64,000 bases of DNA from Clostridia bacterium (GCA_017409765.1 JAFQSA010000010.1:1712-65711); one strand, 5' to 3'. Shown: positions 17,403 to 27,192, counted from the first letter of the stretch. Notes: generated from the letters alone by a model not told the origin. Numbers and translations: made by a program.

Positions 17403-18146
17403 ATGAAAATACTGGAACTGAAAAACGTCCAAAAGATTTTTTACACAAAAACGCAGGAAACGACCGCGGTAGAAAACCTTTCCTTCGAGGTGCAAAACGG
17501 CGAGTTTGTGGCGCTACTTGGCCCAAGTGGGTGTGGCAAAACTACCATACTTTCGCTAATTGCGGGACTGCTTGAACCCACCAAAGGAGAAATTAGTGTG
17601 CACCAAAACGCCATTGGCTACATGTTGCAACGGGATCAGTTGTTTCCCTTTAGAACAATCCGTCGCAACATTTTGCTTGGGTTGGAAATCCAGCACAAAC
17701 TTACGCCCGACAACGTGGAAAACGCCTACAATCTACTGCACAAGTACGGACTGTGGGAGTACGTCAACAGTTACCCAAATGCACTTTCCGGCGGAATGCG
17801 ACAACGGGTGGCGCTAATTCGCACTTTGGCGACCAATCCCGAACTGCTACTGCTTGACGAGCCCTTTTCCGCATTGGACTTTCAAACACGACTTTCCGTG
17901 TGCGACGACGTGTACGACATCATCAAAAAGGAACACAAAACGGCATTGCTTGTGACGCACGACATATCAGAAGCCCTTTCCATGGCGGACAGAATAATTG
18001 TGTTGACAAAACGCCCTGCAAAGGTGCTTACCATTTGGGAAAGCAACCTCAAAGATATTCCTACTCCACTTGGCCGGCGCGAAAGCCCACTTTTTGGTAA
18101 GGACTTCGAGTTGCTACACGGCTATCTTAGGGGAGGTGTGGTATGA
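17403..18146 (+). CDS. ABC transporter ATP-binding protein (NitT/TauT family)
   Basis: Walker A GPSGCGKTT, signature LSGGMRQR, and Walker B LLLLDEP. Confidence 0.9.
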   Translation: MKILELKNVQKIFYTKTQETTAVENLSFEVQNGEFVALLGPSGCGKTTILSLIAGLLEPTKGEISVHQNAIGYMLQRDQLFPFRTIRRNILLGLEIQHKLTPDNVENAYNLLHKYGLWEYVNSYPNALSGGMRQRVALIRTLATNPELLLLDEPFSALDFQTRLSVCDDVYDIIKKEHKTALLVTHDISEALSMADRIIVLTKRPAKVLTIWESNLKDIPTPLGRRESPLFGKDFELLHGYLRGGVV

Positions 18147-18943
18147 AAGAGATGCTTTCCAAGGAGCACGTGCATTTTTTGAACAGTCAAAAGCGACGCA
18201 AGGTGTTTGTGCTACTGGCACAAATTGGCACGCTGGTTGTGGTACTTGCCCTGTGGGAACTACTTGCGCAAACGGGCGTGATTGATGCATTTATTACAAG
18301 TTGTCCAAGCAAAATTTGGGCGACATTTGTGGAATTGATTGGCAACGGCACGCTACTGCACCACGCGTGGGTATCCACTTGGGAAACGGTTGTTGGCTTT
18401 GCCATTGGCACAATTTTGGGGTATGCAATTGCCGTTGTACTGTGGTGGAATAACTTCCTAAAGGACGTGTTCGAGCCGTACATCGTTGTGCTAAACAGCC
18501 TGCCAAAAATTGCTTTGGGACCAATCATCATCATTTGGGCGGGCACCGGCAAGGCATCCATCATCACGATGGCTGTGCTGATTTCCGTGGTGATTACCAC
18601 CATCACAATTTTGAACGGATTTTGCAACACCGATGGTGAAAAAATACTGCTTTTGCGCTCCATGCGTGCAAGTAGGTTTCAAATTTTTACCAAGTTGGTT
18701 GCGCCAAGCAACGTGCCAACACTGATGGCCACATTGAAAATCAACGTGGGCATGGCGTGGATTGGCAGTATCATGGGGGAATACCTTGTTTCCAAAGAGG
18801 GACTTGGGTATCTGCTTGTGTACGGAAGTCAAGTTTTCCGCCTCGACCTTGTGATGACATGCACCATTGTTCTTTGCGCATTGGCGGGAGTGATGTACGC
18901 GGTTGTGGCACTGCTGGAAAAAATTGTTGTAAAAAGATTTTGA
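18143..18943 (+). CDS. ABC transporter permease
   Basis: Its start overlaps the ATPase stop. The protein has 6 TM helices and an EAA-like loop. Confidence 0.85.
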   Translation: MKEMLSKEHVHFLNSQKRRKVFVLLAQIGTLVVVLALWELLAQTGVIDAFITSCPSKIWATFVELIGNGTLLHHAWVSTWETVVGFAIGTILGYAIAVVLWWNNFLKDVFEPYIVVLNSLPKIALGPIIIIWAGTGKASIITMAVLISVVITTITILNGFCNTDGEKILLLRSMRASRFQIFTKLVAPSNVPTLMATLKINVGMAWIGSIMGEYLVSKEGLGYLLVYGSQVFRLDLVMTCTIVLCALAGVMYAVVALLEKIVVKRF

Positions 18944-18990
18944 TGGACAAAAAATTACAAACATAATTTGAATTAAAATTGTAGATATTT

Positions 18991-19014
18991 CGGGAGGGGC
19001 AACCCCTCCCCTAC
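18991..19014 (+). repeat. REP-like hairpin
   Basis: The sequence is CGGGAGGGGCAACCCCTCCCCTAC. Confidence 0.8.
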
Positions 19015-19063
19015 AAAATAGTATCGCAAAGTTTTGATGAAAAATTTGTAACAAACAAAAATC

Positions 19064-19091
19064 AAGGCACATCGAAAGACGTGCCTTTTTT
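19064..19091 (+). terminator. Intrinsic terminator
   Basis: AAGGCAC-N9-GTGCCTT followed by T6. Confidence 0.75.
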
Positions 19092-19107
19092 GTATGTCCA
19101 TTAGAAT

Positions 19108-19220
19108 GCCTCCCTTGTGCAAAGGGAGGTGCCGAGTTAGCACGAGGCGGAGGGATTGTAAAACCATTCAAACAATCCCCCAGTCACCTACGGTGCCAGC
19201 CCCCTTTACACAAAGGGGCC
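19108..19220. repeat. Palindromic MITE-like element (family A)
   Basis: Same architecture as 12956..13072. The right-arm hairpin carries compensatory changes (GCCCCCTTT/AAAGGGGC versus GCTCCCTT/AAGGGAGC). Confidence 0.8.
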
Positions 19221-19324
19221 TCAATATGAATTCGATAATTTTCCAAACAATATTTATTGTGGGCTTCTATCAGTATATCAATAAACATCATCATAATTGC
19301 AAAGTTTTTGCCATACAACAAAGT

Positions 19325-20269
19325 ATGAAAGTAAAAGACATTTTGCAAGAAAGTATGCTTATTGTAGGCTGTGTTGTGGGTGTTAGTTTTGTGACCGGCA
19401 AGGAGGCGCAGGCCTTTGTTGGAAATGCAAAAAACATCCTACTTTTTGCCGTTATTTTTGGTGTGGGAGTGCTAATTTTGCGGTCATTTTGCAACAGATT
19501 TCGCCTGCAAAATACACTGGAATTTGCGCAGTTTACCTTCAAAAAACGCGGACACGTGGTGTATTTTTTGCTACTGGGGTGCTACTTTGTGTGTCTTGTG
19601 ACAACACTTGCAACGGTGCAAAATTGCTTTGACGAGTTGCTGTGCAAAACACCCTTTTCACTTTGGTCTTTGGCGGTGGTTTTGGTGGCAATTTTCCTCC
19701 TAAAATGGGGTGCAAAAAGTTTCAAAACACTTTCCGTTTTGGCATTTGTGGGGGCGTTTGCAACATTTTTGTTTGTGACCTTTCAGCACGTTCCACCCAA
19801 CGAAACAACCATCAATCCCCTTTCCACCACGGCATACAGTTTGTTTTCGCTAACGATGGTTTTGCCCGTTTGTTGCTCGTCAAAAAGGTGTTCCAAAAGG
19901 GAAAATATCTTGTGTGTTTTGGTGGCAACGGCAACCATTGCACTACTGCTTTGGTGGGTGGAAAGGGTGGCGGATTTTACAATGCAACTGCCCATTGGTG
20001 GCAATCTTGTGGGAGTAGGCAAGGTGTGCCTTTGCGTGACAATTGCGCTGTGTGGACTATCTGGCGCGGTAGGCAATGCCCTACCCATTTGCCAAGGACT
20101 TGCTGACGTCATCCCCGACAAAACGCTGCTAAGTTTTGTGGTGCTGGGTGTTGCATGGGCAATTAGTTGCCTTGGGTTGGAGGTGTTTTTGAAGTACGGC
20201 TACGTGTTTGTGGCGGTTGTGGGATTGTTGATTGTTGTGCGGTGTTTGAGTATAAAAAAATCTCGCTAG
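19325..20269 (+). CDS. Multi-pass membrane protein (YkvI-like, tentative)
   Basis: The ORF 19094..20269 begins inside the MITE, so the first plausible start is Met 19325 (weak RBS). It has ~10 TM helices and a GVSFVTGKE motif. The start is uncertain. Confidence 0.55.
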   Translation: MKVKDILQESMLIVGCVVGVSFVTGKEAQAFVGNAKNILLFAVIFGVGVLILRSFCNRFRLQNTLEFAQFTFKKRGHVVYFLLLGCYFVCLVTTLATVQNCFDELLCKTPFSLWSLAVVLVAIFLLKWGAKSFKTLSVLAFVGAFATFLFVTFQHVPPNETTINPLSTTAYSLFSLTMVLPVCCSSKRCSKRENILCVLVATATIALLLWWVERVADFTMQLPIGGNLVGVGKVCLCVTIALCGLSGAVGNALPICQGLADVIPDKTLLSFVVLGVAWAISCLGLEVFLKYGYVFVAVVGLLIVVRCLSIKKSR

Positions 20270-20300
20270 CAAGTAGCGAGATTGGTTTGAAAATATGTAG

Positions 20301-21476
20301 TTAATCAATTTGTTTTTCCACGGTGGGTACTACGTACACGTTTGTTTCGGGATGAAGTTTGGCAATGCCGATTTGTATGTAGTCAACAATTTCCGCATCG
20401 CTCATCTTGGTGTCAAAGTGGGTTGCAACGTCAAAAATTAGATTGGTGTGGGTTGGGCCTTTTACCATGCGGAAGTCGTGGATGGTAAAGTGCTCGTCAA
20501 TTTCCGCAACGATTTGGGCAATTTGCTCGCGGTAGGTATCCAGTTCGGGGTCGCCAATAACAATTGGGTCCAAGTGGATTACAAGGATGATGTCCGTTTG
20601 CTCGATAAACTCGCGCTCAATTTGGTCGATGAGATCGTGGCTTTCCAGAATGGGCACGGCGCTGTCCACTTCGCAATGAACGCTTGCGTAGTACTTGTTG
20701 GGGCCGTAGTTGTGCACGTTGAGATCGTGGATACCGTAGATGCCGGGGTACTTTTTGATGCGAGATACAATTTGTTGGATAAGTTCCTTGTTGGGGGATT
20801 CGCCAAGTAGCAAGGAGAGCGTTTCCTTCAAAATGCGAACACCTGCCAAAGCAATCATCACAGCAACGCCAATACCCATGATGCCGTCGAGGTACACAAA
20901 TCCGGTAAAGTGCGCAACAACAACGGAAACAAGCACCACCGCTGTGGCAATTGTGTCGGAAAGGCTGTCGGTGGCAGTTGCCTTAAGTAGTTCGGAGTTG
21001 TAGGTTTTGCCAAGTTTGTTGTTGAACACGTACATAAACAACTTGATCAAAATGGATGCGCCAAGTGCAACAAGTGTCCAAATGGAAAGTTCCGCACCGC
21101 TTGGGGAGATGATTTTGTTGACCGCCTCCGTTGCCACTTCAAAGGCAAGTAGCACCACGATGATGCCAACAATCAGGCTAGAAACGTACTCAATTCGTTG
21201 GTGGCCGTAGGGGTGTTCCTTGTCGGCTGGCTTGTTGGACAGTTTGAAACTGATTAGCGCAATGATGTTGCTACCACAGTCGGTAAGGTTGTTTAGGCCG
21301 TCCGCCAAAACGGAAACAACGCCAAATAGCACCCCTACCAAAATTTTGGCCACGGACAAAATGACGTTGCAAACAATGCTTACAATGCTTGCAAGTTTGC
21401 CTACCGCCTCGCGCACCACAGGGGAAGTTGTGTTTTTGTGTTCTTTTACAAATAATTTCAAAAGTAAGTTTGTCAT
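20301..21476 (-). CDS. Cation diffusion facilitator family transporter
   Basis: It has a CDF TM core and a C-terminal dimerisation domain. The ATG at 21476 lies 9 nt after a consensus -10, and the ORF-track TTG start lies inside the promoter. Confidence 0.85.
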   Translation of the reverse strand: MTNLLLKLFVKEHKNTTSPVVREAVGKLASIVSIVCNVILSVAKILVGVLFGVVSVLADGLNNLTDCGSNIIALISFKLSNKPADKEHPYGHQRIEYVSSLIVGIIVVLLAFEVATEAVNKIISPSGAELSIWTLVALGASILIKLFMYVFNNKLGKTYNSELLKATATDSLSDTIATAVVLVSVVVAHFTGFVYLDGIMGIGVAVMIALAGVRILKETLSLLLGESPNKELIQQIVSRIKKYPGIYGIHDLNVHNYGPNKYYASVHCEVDSAVPILESHDLIDQIEREFIEQTDIILVIHLDPIVIGDPELDTYREQIAQIVAEIDEHFTIHDFRMVKGPTHTNLIFDVATHFDTKMSDAEIVDYIQIGIAKLHPETNVYVVPTVEKQID

Positions 21477-21485
21477 AGTGGTTTT

Positions 21486-21514
21486 ATTATATGGCAAGAT
21501 GCTTAAATTGTCAA
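21486..21514 (-). promoter_or_regulatory. Consensus promoter giving a (near) leaderless CDF mRNA
   Basis: On the minus strand: TTGACA, a 17-nt spacer, TATAAT, then AAAACCACT and ATG. Confidence 0.65.
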
Positions 21515-21646
21515 TATTTTAGATAAATGCAAACAAAATGAAAAATCTCGCCTTGGTATATTGAAGAATGGGCAAACTGCACAAAAAAATGCGCCACCAA
21601 TGTTCAACAATTGAATGACGCATTTTGTTTTTGTATGTTTGACGGC

Positions 21647-22207
21647 TTACTTTCTTTTGCGGACAAGCACAATAACCACCGATACAAGTGCACAAAGCAA
21701 CGATATGTAGCAGGCAAAAGCAAGTATCATCAAGGCAATGTCGATGTCGATTGTGCCAACGGTGCATATCAAGATTGTTGTAAGCAACGTTATTATAACG
21801 GAAATATACATGCCAAGCTTGTCCCAGCAAGCAAACAGCACACCAAAACCAATCAACATACCGCCAAGTCCAGCAAGCTCCGACAACTTGGGTAATGCTA
21901 GCCCCAAAACAAGTGATACAAGTCCAAGAACAAGCAACACCATGCCGATAATTTTGTACAAATTGGTGGGATTAGACTCAGTTGTTGGTGTTGAACACTC
22001 TGTGGTTGGCTCCTTACCGCACGCGATGTACTCCACGGTGGTATCCAGTAGCTCGGCAAGGGCAATCAGGTTGTTGGTATCGGGATAGGTGATGTTCTTT
22101 TCCCACTTGGAAACGGACTGACGGCTGATGCCCAGTTGGTCAGCAACGTACTCCTGCGATAAGTTTTTGTTTTTGCGACATTTTGCAATGCGTTCGCCTA
22201 CGGTCAT
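21647..22207 (-). CDS. XRE-family HTH regulator with a C-terminal multi-TM domain
   Basis: Start MTVGERI follows GGAGGA. The N-terminal HTH contains LSQEYVADQLGISRQSVSKWE, followed by 4 TM helices. Confidence 0.8.
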   Translation of the reverse strand: MTVGERIAKCRKNKNLSQEYVADQLGISRQSVSKWEKNITYPDTNNLIALAELLDTTVEYIACGKEPTTECSTPTTESNPTNLYKIIGMVLLVLGLVSLVLGLALPKLSELAGLGGMLIGFGVLFACWDKLGMYISVIITLLTTILICTVGTIDIDIALMILAFACYISLLCALVSVVIVLVRKRK

Positions 22208-22372
22208 GTGATGTTCCTCCAAATTTTGTTGACACCATTATACCACACATCACGGCATAAATCTACCAACTATTTGTCAATTTTGGGGTGCATGATGTTG
22301 TATTTTGGAGCAAAAAAGGCGAGAATGTTTTCTCGCCTTGGGGGTGTGAATAAAAAGTTGGTTGCGTAAATC

Positions 22373-23218
22373 TCACTCGGAAAGGTCGTCCGTTGTGTCG
22401 TCGTCATCTTCGAACCAATAGTCGTGGATTTCTTGCAACAATTGGTCGTCCAAACCTTCCACACAATCGGGCAAAACAGCCTCAACACCACACTTGGGGC
22501 AAACGGCAGTTTTGCCTTTGTCGGTAAATTCGGTAACTTCCGCACCGCTAAAGGTTGCCAAACAATTTGCGCAACGGCACGTTTGGGATGCAAGCACTTG
22601 TTTTTTGTTTTCGATGGTATAATCGAAGTACTTCATCATGAGTTCGTCCTGCTCAGTAAATTCGTCACTGAAGTCAGAGTTACCAATGCCCACCCTTTTG
22701 AGATAAATAGCCACATATATCGAAAGTCCAACAACAATAGGCAAGAATATAAGACCTGTAATTTGATTTTCCTTGTTGGCTTTGATAAATTCATCGAATG
22801 TTAGCACCGACAAATCTTCCGCTGTAAGATGGCAAATTTCGTAGTCATAGTCCCTGCGGGATGTATTGTCGTAGTAAACAGTAACAATTGTGTTAGAGGC
22901 AAGACTTTTCAATGCATCGCGGTCCATTTTGCTATCGGCAATAGTATCTACAACAAAAGGCTTTTCGTACTCCGTAAAGTAGATTTCGTAACGCTTACTT
23001 TTGTATCCATTAACATACTCGTAGCGTTGGAAAGTTAACTGTTCTTGCGTTAGGTCTTGCGATCTAAAATTGTTGTAATGAATGTAGCGAAAAATACAGT
23101 TTACAAACAATAAAAAGAAAAAAACCGCAGCAAAAACCATACCTATTGGAAACATTTTAAGGTTGTTGCGCGTCTTTTTATCTCCCGATTGGTACATAAA
23201 AGAATTGTTGTTTTCCAT
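22373..23218 (-). CDS. Two-TM membrane protein with a cytoplasmic zinc ribbon and an acidic tail, unknown function
   Basis: Start MENNN follows AAGGTGA. It contains CRCANC...CPKCG. It has its own promoter (23249..23277) and terminator. Confidence 0.65.
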   Translation of the reverse strand: MENNNSFMYQSGDKKTRNNLKMFPIGMVFAAVFFFLLFVNCIFRYIHYNNFRSQDLTQEQLTFQRYEYVNGYKSKRYEIYFTEYEKPFVVDTIADSKMDRDALKSLASNTIVTVYYDNTSRRDYDYEICHLTAEDLSVLTFDEFIKANKENQITGLIFLPIVVGLSIYVAIYLKRVGIGNSDFSDEFTEQDELMMKYFDYTIENKKQVLASQTCRCANCLATFSGAEVTEFTDKGKTAVCPKCGVEAVLPDCVEGLDDQLLQEIHDYWFEDDDDTTDDLSE

Positions 23219-23401
23219 CTGTTTCACCTTGTTGATTAGATTGGTTACATTGTACACAAAAATGCTATACTTGTCAATATCGTGTAAAAAATAGAGACGA
23301 GCAAGCTCAAACAAAAAGGCGAGAAAACTTTCTCGCCTTGGGATGTTTTGCTATTAGGTTTGTTGTGTAGGCATAAATGCACTACTGTGTTTGTTTTGCA
23401 A

Positions 23402-24001
23402 TTACTCAGCAACAAACAAATCGGGGTTTGATTCGATTTCGTTAACGATGCCTTGGATACGAGCAATTTGCTTTTTCCATGTGAAGCATTGTACAATTGC
23501 AATGGGGATGGATGCAATCATTGTCAAGCAACCTTGAAGCAGAGAGAAGAAGAACGCACCAATGCGTGCAGGAGCTGTGGAAGCGTAGGTATCTACGTTG
23601 CCGTACTCGTCAACTGTGTGTTGAACGTAGAGTTGACTTTTTGCATTTTCGCGGTCGTCCTTTGTCCAGTTCCAACCAATGGGGAAGCCAACAAAGCAAA
23701 GTGTCCAAGTTGCAGGAACAAACAAAGTTGGAAGTACTGCCCATTGGAGAAGTGGTTCGGGCTTGTAGTTAGGGTCGGTGGATGCGCTACCACCAACAAG
23801 GCCTGCGCAAACTGCAACGCAACCAAGCAAAATCACTGCCCAGATGGACAAAATTACGATACGAGCGATACGGCCTGACTTACGTTTTTTGAGGTCTTTT
23901 TTGATCTTTTTGAGTTGTACCTTGTACACGGTGCCACTTTCGTGAGCGTCACGCATGTTTTTTTGCAAGTCGTCGTACAACTCCATTTTGATGAGTGCCA
24001 T
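23402..24001 (-). CDS. Multi-pass membrane protein, unknown function
   Basis: 199 aa with an AAAGGAGAG RBS, a K-rich N-terminus and 4 predicted TM helices. Confidence 0.65.
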   Translation of the reverse strand: MALIKMELYDDLQKNMRDAHESGTVYKVQLKKIKKDLKKRKSGRIARIVILSIWAVILLGCVAVCAGLVGGSASTDPNYKPEPLLQWAVLPTLFVPATWTLCFVGFPIGWNWTKDDRENAKSQLYVQHTVDEYGNVDTYASTAPARIGAFFFSLLQGCLTMIASIPIAIVQCFTWKKQIARIQGIVNEIESNPDLFVAE

Positions 24002-24052
24002 AAAAATCTCTCCTTTTGTTTATTTGTACACCAAGAAATACGGTACAAAACT

Positions 24053-24083
24053 ATTATACCCCCCCCCCGTTGTTTTTTGTCAA
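24053..24083 (-). promoter_or_regulatory. Promoter with a G10 homopolymer in a 19-nt spacer
   Basis: On the minus strand: TTGACA (24083..24078), then AAAAACAAC plus G10 (C10 on the plus strand, 24059..24068), then TATAAT (24058..24053). Confidence 0.7.
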
Positions 24084-24403
24084 GAGATAAATTACACAAA
24101 GTTACAACTAACTTTTTGATATGATGGCAAAGTTTGCGCACTCTAGTTATCAACCACGCACAAATTTACCATCAAAAATACGCAAAAACACACCACGTGT
24201 GCGCGATTTTTGCAAAATTGGCACACTACTTGATTGCAAAATCGACAAACAAAAAGCAGACCTTGACAAACTCAAAGTCCACCTTTTGATGTAAAAATAT
24301 GGAGTTTAGCGCACAAAAGAGGGAGAGAATTTTCGCATTTAGTTTTGTTACAAGCAACGCCAACAATCAGCAAAATTGGGCAAAAACTACTTTCAAAAAA
24401 CAG

Positions 24404-24432
24404 TTGCAAAACAAGTGCAGTTGGTGTATAAT
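24404..24432 (+). promoter_or_regulatory. Promoter of tRNA-Leu
   Basis: TTGCAA, a 17-nt spacer, then TATAAT with an upstream TG. Confidence 0.75.
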
Positions 24433-24481
24433 AGGTAAGCAATTTGATATATGCAACGTTGCAAATAGTCAAACAATATAT

Positions 24482-24564
24482 GCGGATGTGGCGGAATAGG
24501 CAGACGCGCATGATTCAGGTTCATGTGGGCGACCGTGGGGGTTCAAGTCCCTTCATCCGCACCA
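24482..24564 (+). tRNA. tRNA-Leu (anticodon CAG), type II with a long variable arm, CCA encoded
   Basis: The acceptor stem pairs GCGGATG with CATCCGC. The anticodon stem pairs CATGA with TCATG around the loop TTCAGGT. The T loop is TTCAAGT. Confidence 0.9.
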
Positions 24565-24595
24565 ACAGTTGGCGACACCGTTTTGGTCGCAAAAG

Positions 24596-24627
24596 AAAAA
24601 GGATCACTACAAAAGTGGTCCTTTTTT
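24596..24627 (+). terminator. Intrinsic terminator
   Basis: GGATCACT-ACAA-AGTGGTCC followed by T6. Confidence 0.75.
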
Positions 24628-24770
24628 GATTGTGTTTTATTCTTCAATCAGTTGCAATATTTTCAAATGTTTTGCAGTATCAACAAGGGGATTGAACAGT
24701 TCTAACACACCCAAAAAACTCATTGTTGAATAACATCTTACTGCATCAATTCGACATTTCCATTTGCGCA

Positions 24771-25751
24771 CTACTGGTTGTTTTGGTAGATTTTGAGTAG
24801 TTCTTCGCCAAACAATCTGCCAAGTGCAAGTTCCGATGAGGCATCGTAGTGGCCAAGGTCGGGATTGGACTCCGGCTCGTACAAGGTGGTTAGCCCTGCC
24901 TCGATGGTGGGGAAATAGACGTTGAGTGGGGAAGTTTCCGCAAAGCGCTTTTTTGCGGAGTTAATTTGTGGGTAGGCGGGCTCGCAGTAGGGGCTGGAGG
25001 AAATGCCTGCATCCACAAAGTAGATGCCACCACTTGGCGCGTAGGAGGCCAAATCGTTACGCAAGTAGCCAACAAATGCAACTGTGTTTTGGTAGTACTT
25101 GCTTGCTTTGTAGTCAGTTGTGTCCGACTCGCCCTGCATCCAGCAAATTGCATCAACCTTGGGCGCGTAGCCCTTGGATGCAAGATAACCCAAGTATGTG
25201 GAGGCAAACTGTTTGAAAGCCTCGTAGATGTAGGATGGTTTGTAGTCGTAGAGCCAATGGTAGTTGAGTGAGAAGCCGGACATACTGAACTTCAAAATGA
25301 AAAATTGTTCGTTGGGAAAAGCCGTGGAAAGTTGCTCGGCAATGCCAAGTTCTGGGCCGAAGTAGCCCTCGCCGGCGGAACAATTCAAGTCCACAGGCAC
25401 AAATTCGCCACCAGACGTAAAGCGGTGGTTGTCCAAGCAAAAGTTGATAAGCACGTTTTGGTAGCCACCTTGAAACTCGGCATACTTTTGTTCGCTTACG
25501 CCCTTTTGTAGGTAGGACGTTAGCGAGCATCCTGTGGCGTTGCTTTGACCAATCAAAATGATAACCCTTGCCTCGGTGCCTGTGGGGACTTTTTCTAGCG
25601 TGTCGGCAATTGGATAGTTGTTGTTAATGTCCATTTTGTAGTACTCACGGCCAAGTTCCTCCCCTTCGGGGATTTTGCCACTAGGATTGCATGCGGAAAG
25701 TAGCAGTAAAAGTATCAACAAGATTGCTAAAAGTTTGACGTTGTTTTTCAA
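24771..25751 (-). CDS. Sialate O-acetylesterase-like SGNH/DUF303 lipoprotein
   Basis: Probable TTG start at 25751 after AAGGTGA. It has the lipobox LLSAC and the GQSNATG catalytic-Ser motif. Confidence 0.7.
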   Translation of the reverse strand: MKNNVKLLAILLILLLLLSACNPSGKIPEGEELGREYYKMDINNNYPIADTLEKVPTGTEARVIILIGQSNATGCSLTSYLQKGVSEQKYAEFQGGYQNVLINFCLDNHRFTSGGEFVPVDLNCSAGEGYFGPELGIAEQLSTAFPNEQFFILKFSMSGFSLNYHWLYDYKPSYIYEAFKQFASTYLGYLASKGYAPKVDAICWMQGESDTTDYKASKYYQNTVAFVGYLRNDLASYAPSGGIYFVDAGISSSPYCEPAYPQINSAKKRFAETSPLNVYFPTIEAGLTTLYEPESNPDLGHYDASSELALGRLFGEELLKIYQNNQ

Positions 25752-25987
25752 TTTGTCACCTTGCAAAAGGCATCCAAAGTACAACCGCCTTGGAGAGCCA
25801 TGTTTAGTCGCAAAATTTGGATTTTGCACTACACATATTGTACATCACTTTGCCAAATTTGTCTACAATTAGTTTGACCGTTAGGAATGTTATATAACAC
25901 TACGACACTACTATACGGATAAAGGCGAACTTTTCTTCTTCGCATTTAATCATATAATATACATTTTTTGTCGTTGTTAAGTTGCAA

Positions 25988-26016
25988 TTGACACAATGCA
26001 AGTTGTGTGGTAAAAT
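25988..26016 (+). promoter_or_regulatory. Sigma-70-type promoter
   Basis: TTGACA, a 17-nt spacer, then TAAAAT. Confidence 0.7.
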
Positions 26017-26048
26017 GTAGCAAATATCTAACAAAAGAAGTATGCTTT

Positions 26049-26885
26049 ATGAAAACTATTGTCAATCAAACATTTGATCAAGAACGTGCACTTTACGGCG
26101 TGGACGGCGTGGTGCTTGAAAGTTGCAAGTTCGATGGCCCTGCTGACGGCGAGAGCGCCCTAAAGGAAGGCAAAAACATCCTTGCCAAGGGTTGCTACTT
26201 CAATCTGCGCTACCCCTTGTGGCACGACGATGGCGTTGTTATCCAAGATAGTCACATGACGGAACTTTGCCGTGCGGCATTGTGGTACACGCGCGATATC
26301 TCCATACAAAAGAGCAAATTGCACGGCATCAAGGCGCTACGCGAGTGCGAAAACATCCACATTGACGGTTGCGACGTCAACTCGGTGGAGTTTGGCTGGT
26401 TTTGCAAAAACGTCAGCATCAAGGATAGCACCATTGCTGGCGAGTACTTTGCGCTAAAATCCGCCAACTTGAAGCTGGACAACGTCAACTTTAAGGGAAA
26501 GTACTCCTTCCAATACGTAACCGACTCGGTGATTGAAAACTGCAATTTGGACACAAAAGATGCATTTTGGCATGCCAAAAACGTTGTTGTACGCAACTGC
26601 ACAGTCAAGGGCGAGTACCTTGCTTGGTATGCGGAAAACTTGACGTTTGAAAACTGCACCATCATTGGCACACAACCACTTTGCTACTGCAAAGGTTTGA
26701 AACTTGTAAACTGCAAAATGGTGGATTGCGACCTTGCGTTTGAACGAAGCGAAGTGGAGGCGGACATCCACTCCCACGTGGTGAGCATCAAAAACGTGAC
26801 AAGCGGACTTGTTACGGTGGACTCCGTTGGCGAAGTTATTGTGGACGAGCCATTTGCGCAAGGCACAGTTATTGTTAGGTTGTAA
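26049..26885 (+). CDS. DUF3737-like beta-helix protein
   Basis: Start MKTIVNQTF. The sequence has repetitive NC/DC-containing beta-helix turns. The family name is from memory. Confidence 0.65.
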   Translation: MKTIVNQTFDQERALYGVDGVVLESCKFDGPADGESALKEGKNILAKGCYFNLRYPLWHDDGVVIQDSHMTELCRAALWYTRDISIQKSKLHGIKALRECENIHIDGCDVNSVEFGWFCKNVSIKDSTIAGEYFALKSANLKLDNVNFKGKYSFQYVTDSVIENCNLDTKDAFWHAKNVVVRNCTVKGEYLAWYAENLTFENCTIIGTQPLCYCKGLKLVNCKMVDCDLAFERSEVEADIHSHVVSIKNVTSGLVTVDSVGEVIVDEPFAQGTVIVRL

Positions 26886-26975
26886 AACAAGCAAAAACGT
26901 CAAGAAATTTGCGCTAATATGCAAAAAATCGCCGACACGTGGTGGATTTTTGCGAGCATGGATAGATAGTTTTAC

Positions 26976-27192
26976 GGCGGCAGCAAGCCACCGCCCTACG
27001 ACGACAATACCTAGCCATTTTGTAGGGGAGGATATCATCCTCCCGCCAATATTACCTATGGTTATATGCGGATATTCGCAAACGCAAAACCTGTGTTTAT
27101 CGGCGGCAGCGAGCCACCGCCCTACCATTTGATTTTGCAGGTTGATTGGGTTTGCGCTGATATGCGGGACGCCAAGGATGTCGTCCCCTACA
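26976..27192. repeat. REP cluster including the 105-bp three-hairpin composite at 27022..27126
   Basis: Copies at 26976..27002, 27022..27047 (GTAG first), 27102..27126 and 27164..27192. Confidence 0.8.

Noticed and set aside
19094-19324. N-terminal extension of the 19094..20269 ORF, together with small ORFs such as 18973..19167, 41003..41245 and 41109..41354.
   Set aside because: They are encoded entirely by MITE-like repeat sequence. The same peptide strings (PLCKGRCR, HLPLHKGG) appear wherever the repeat occurs.
24630-24716. 28-codon minus-strand ORF (MSFLGVLELFNPLVDTAKHLKILQLIEE) next to tRNA-Leu, considered as a remnant of an integrated element.
   Set aside because: It is too short, and there is no integrase, att-like repeat of the tRNA 3' end, or other mobile-element signal nearby.
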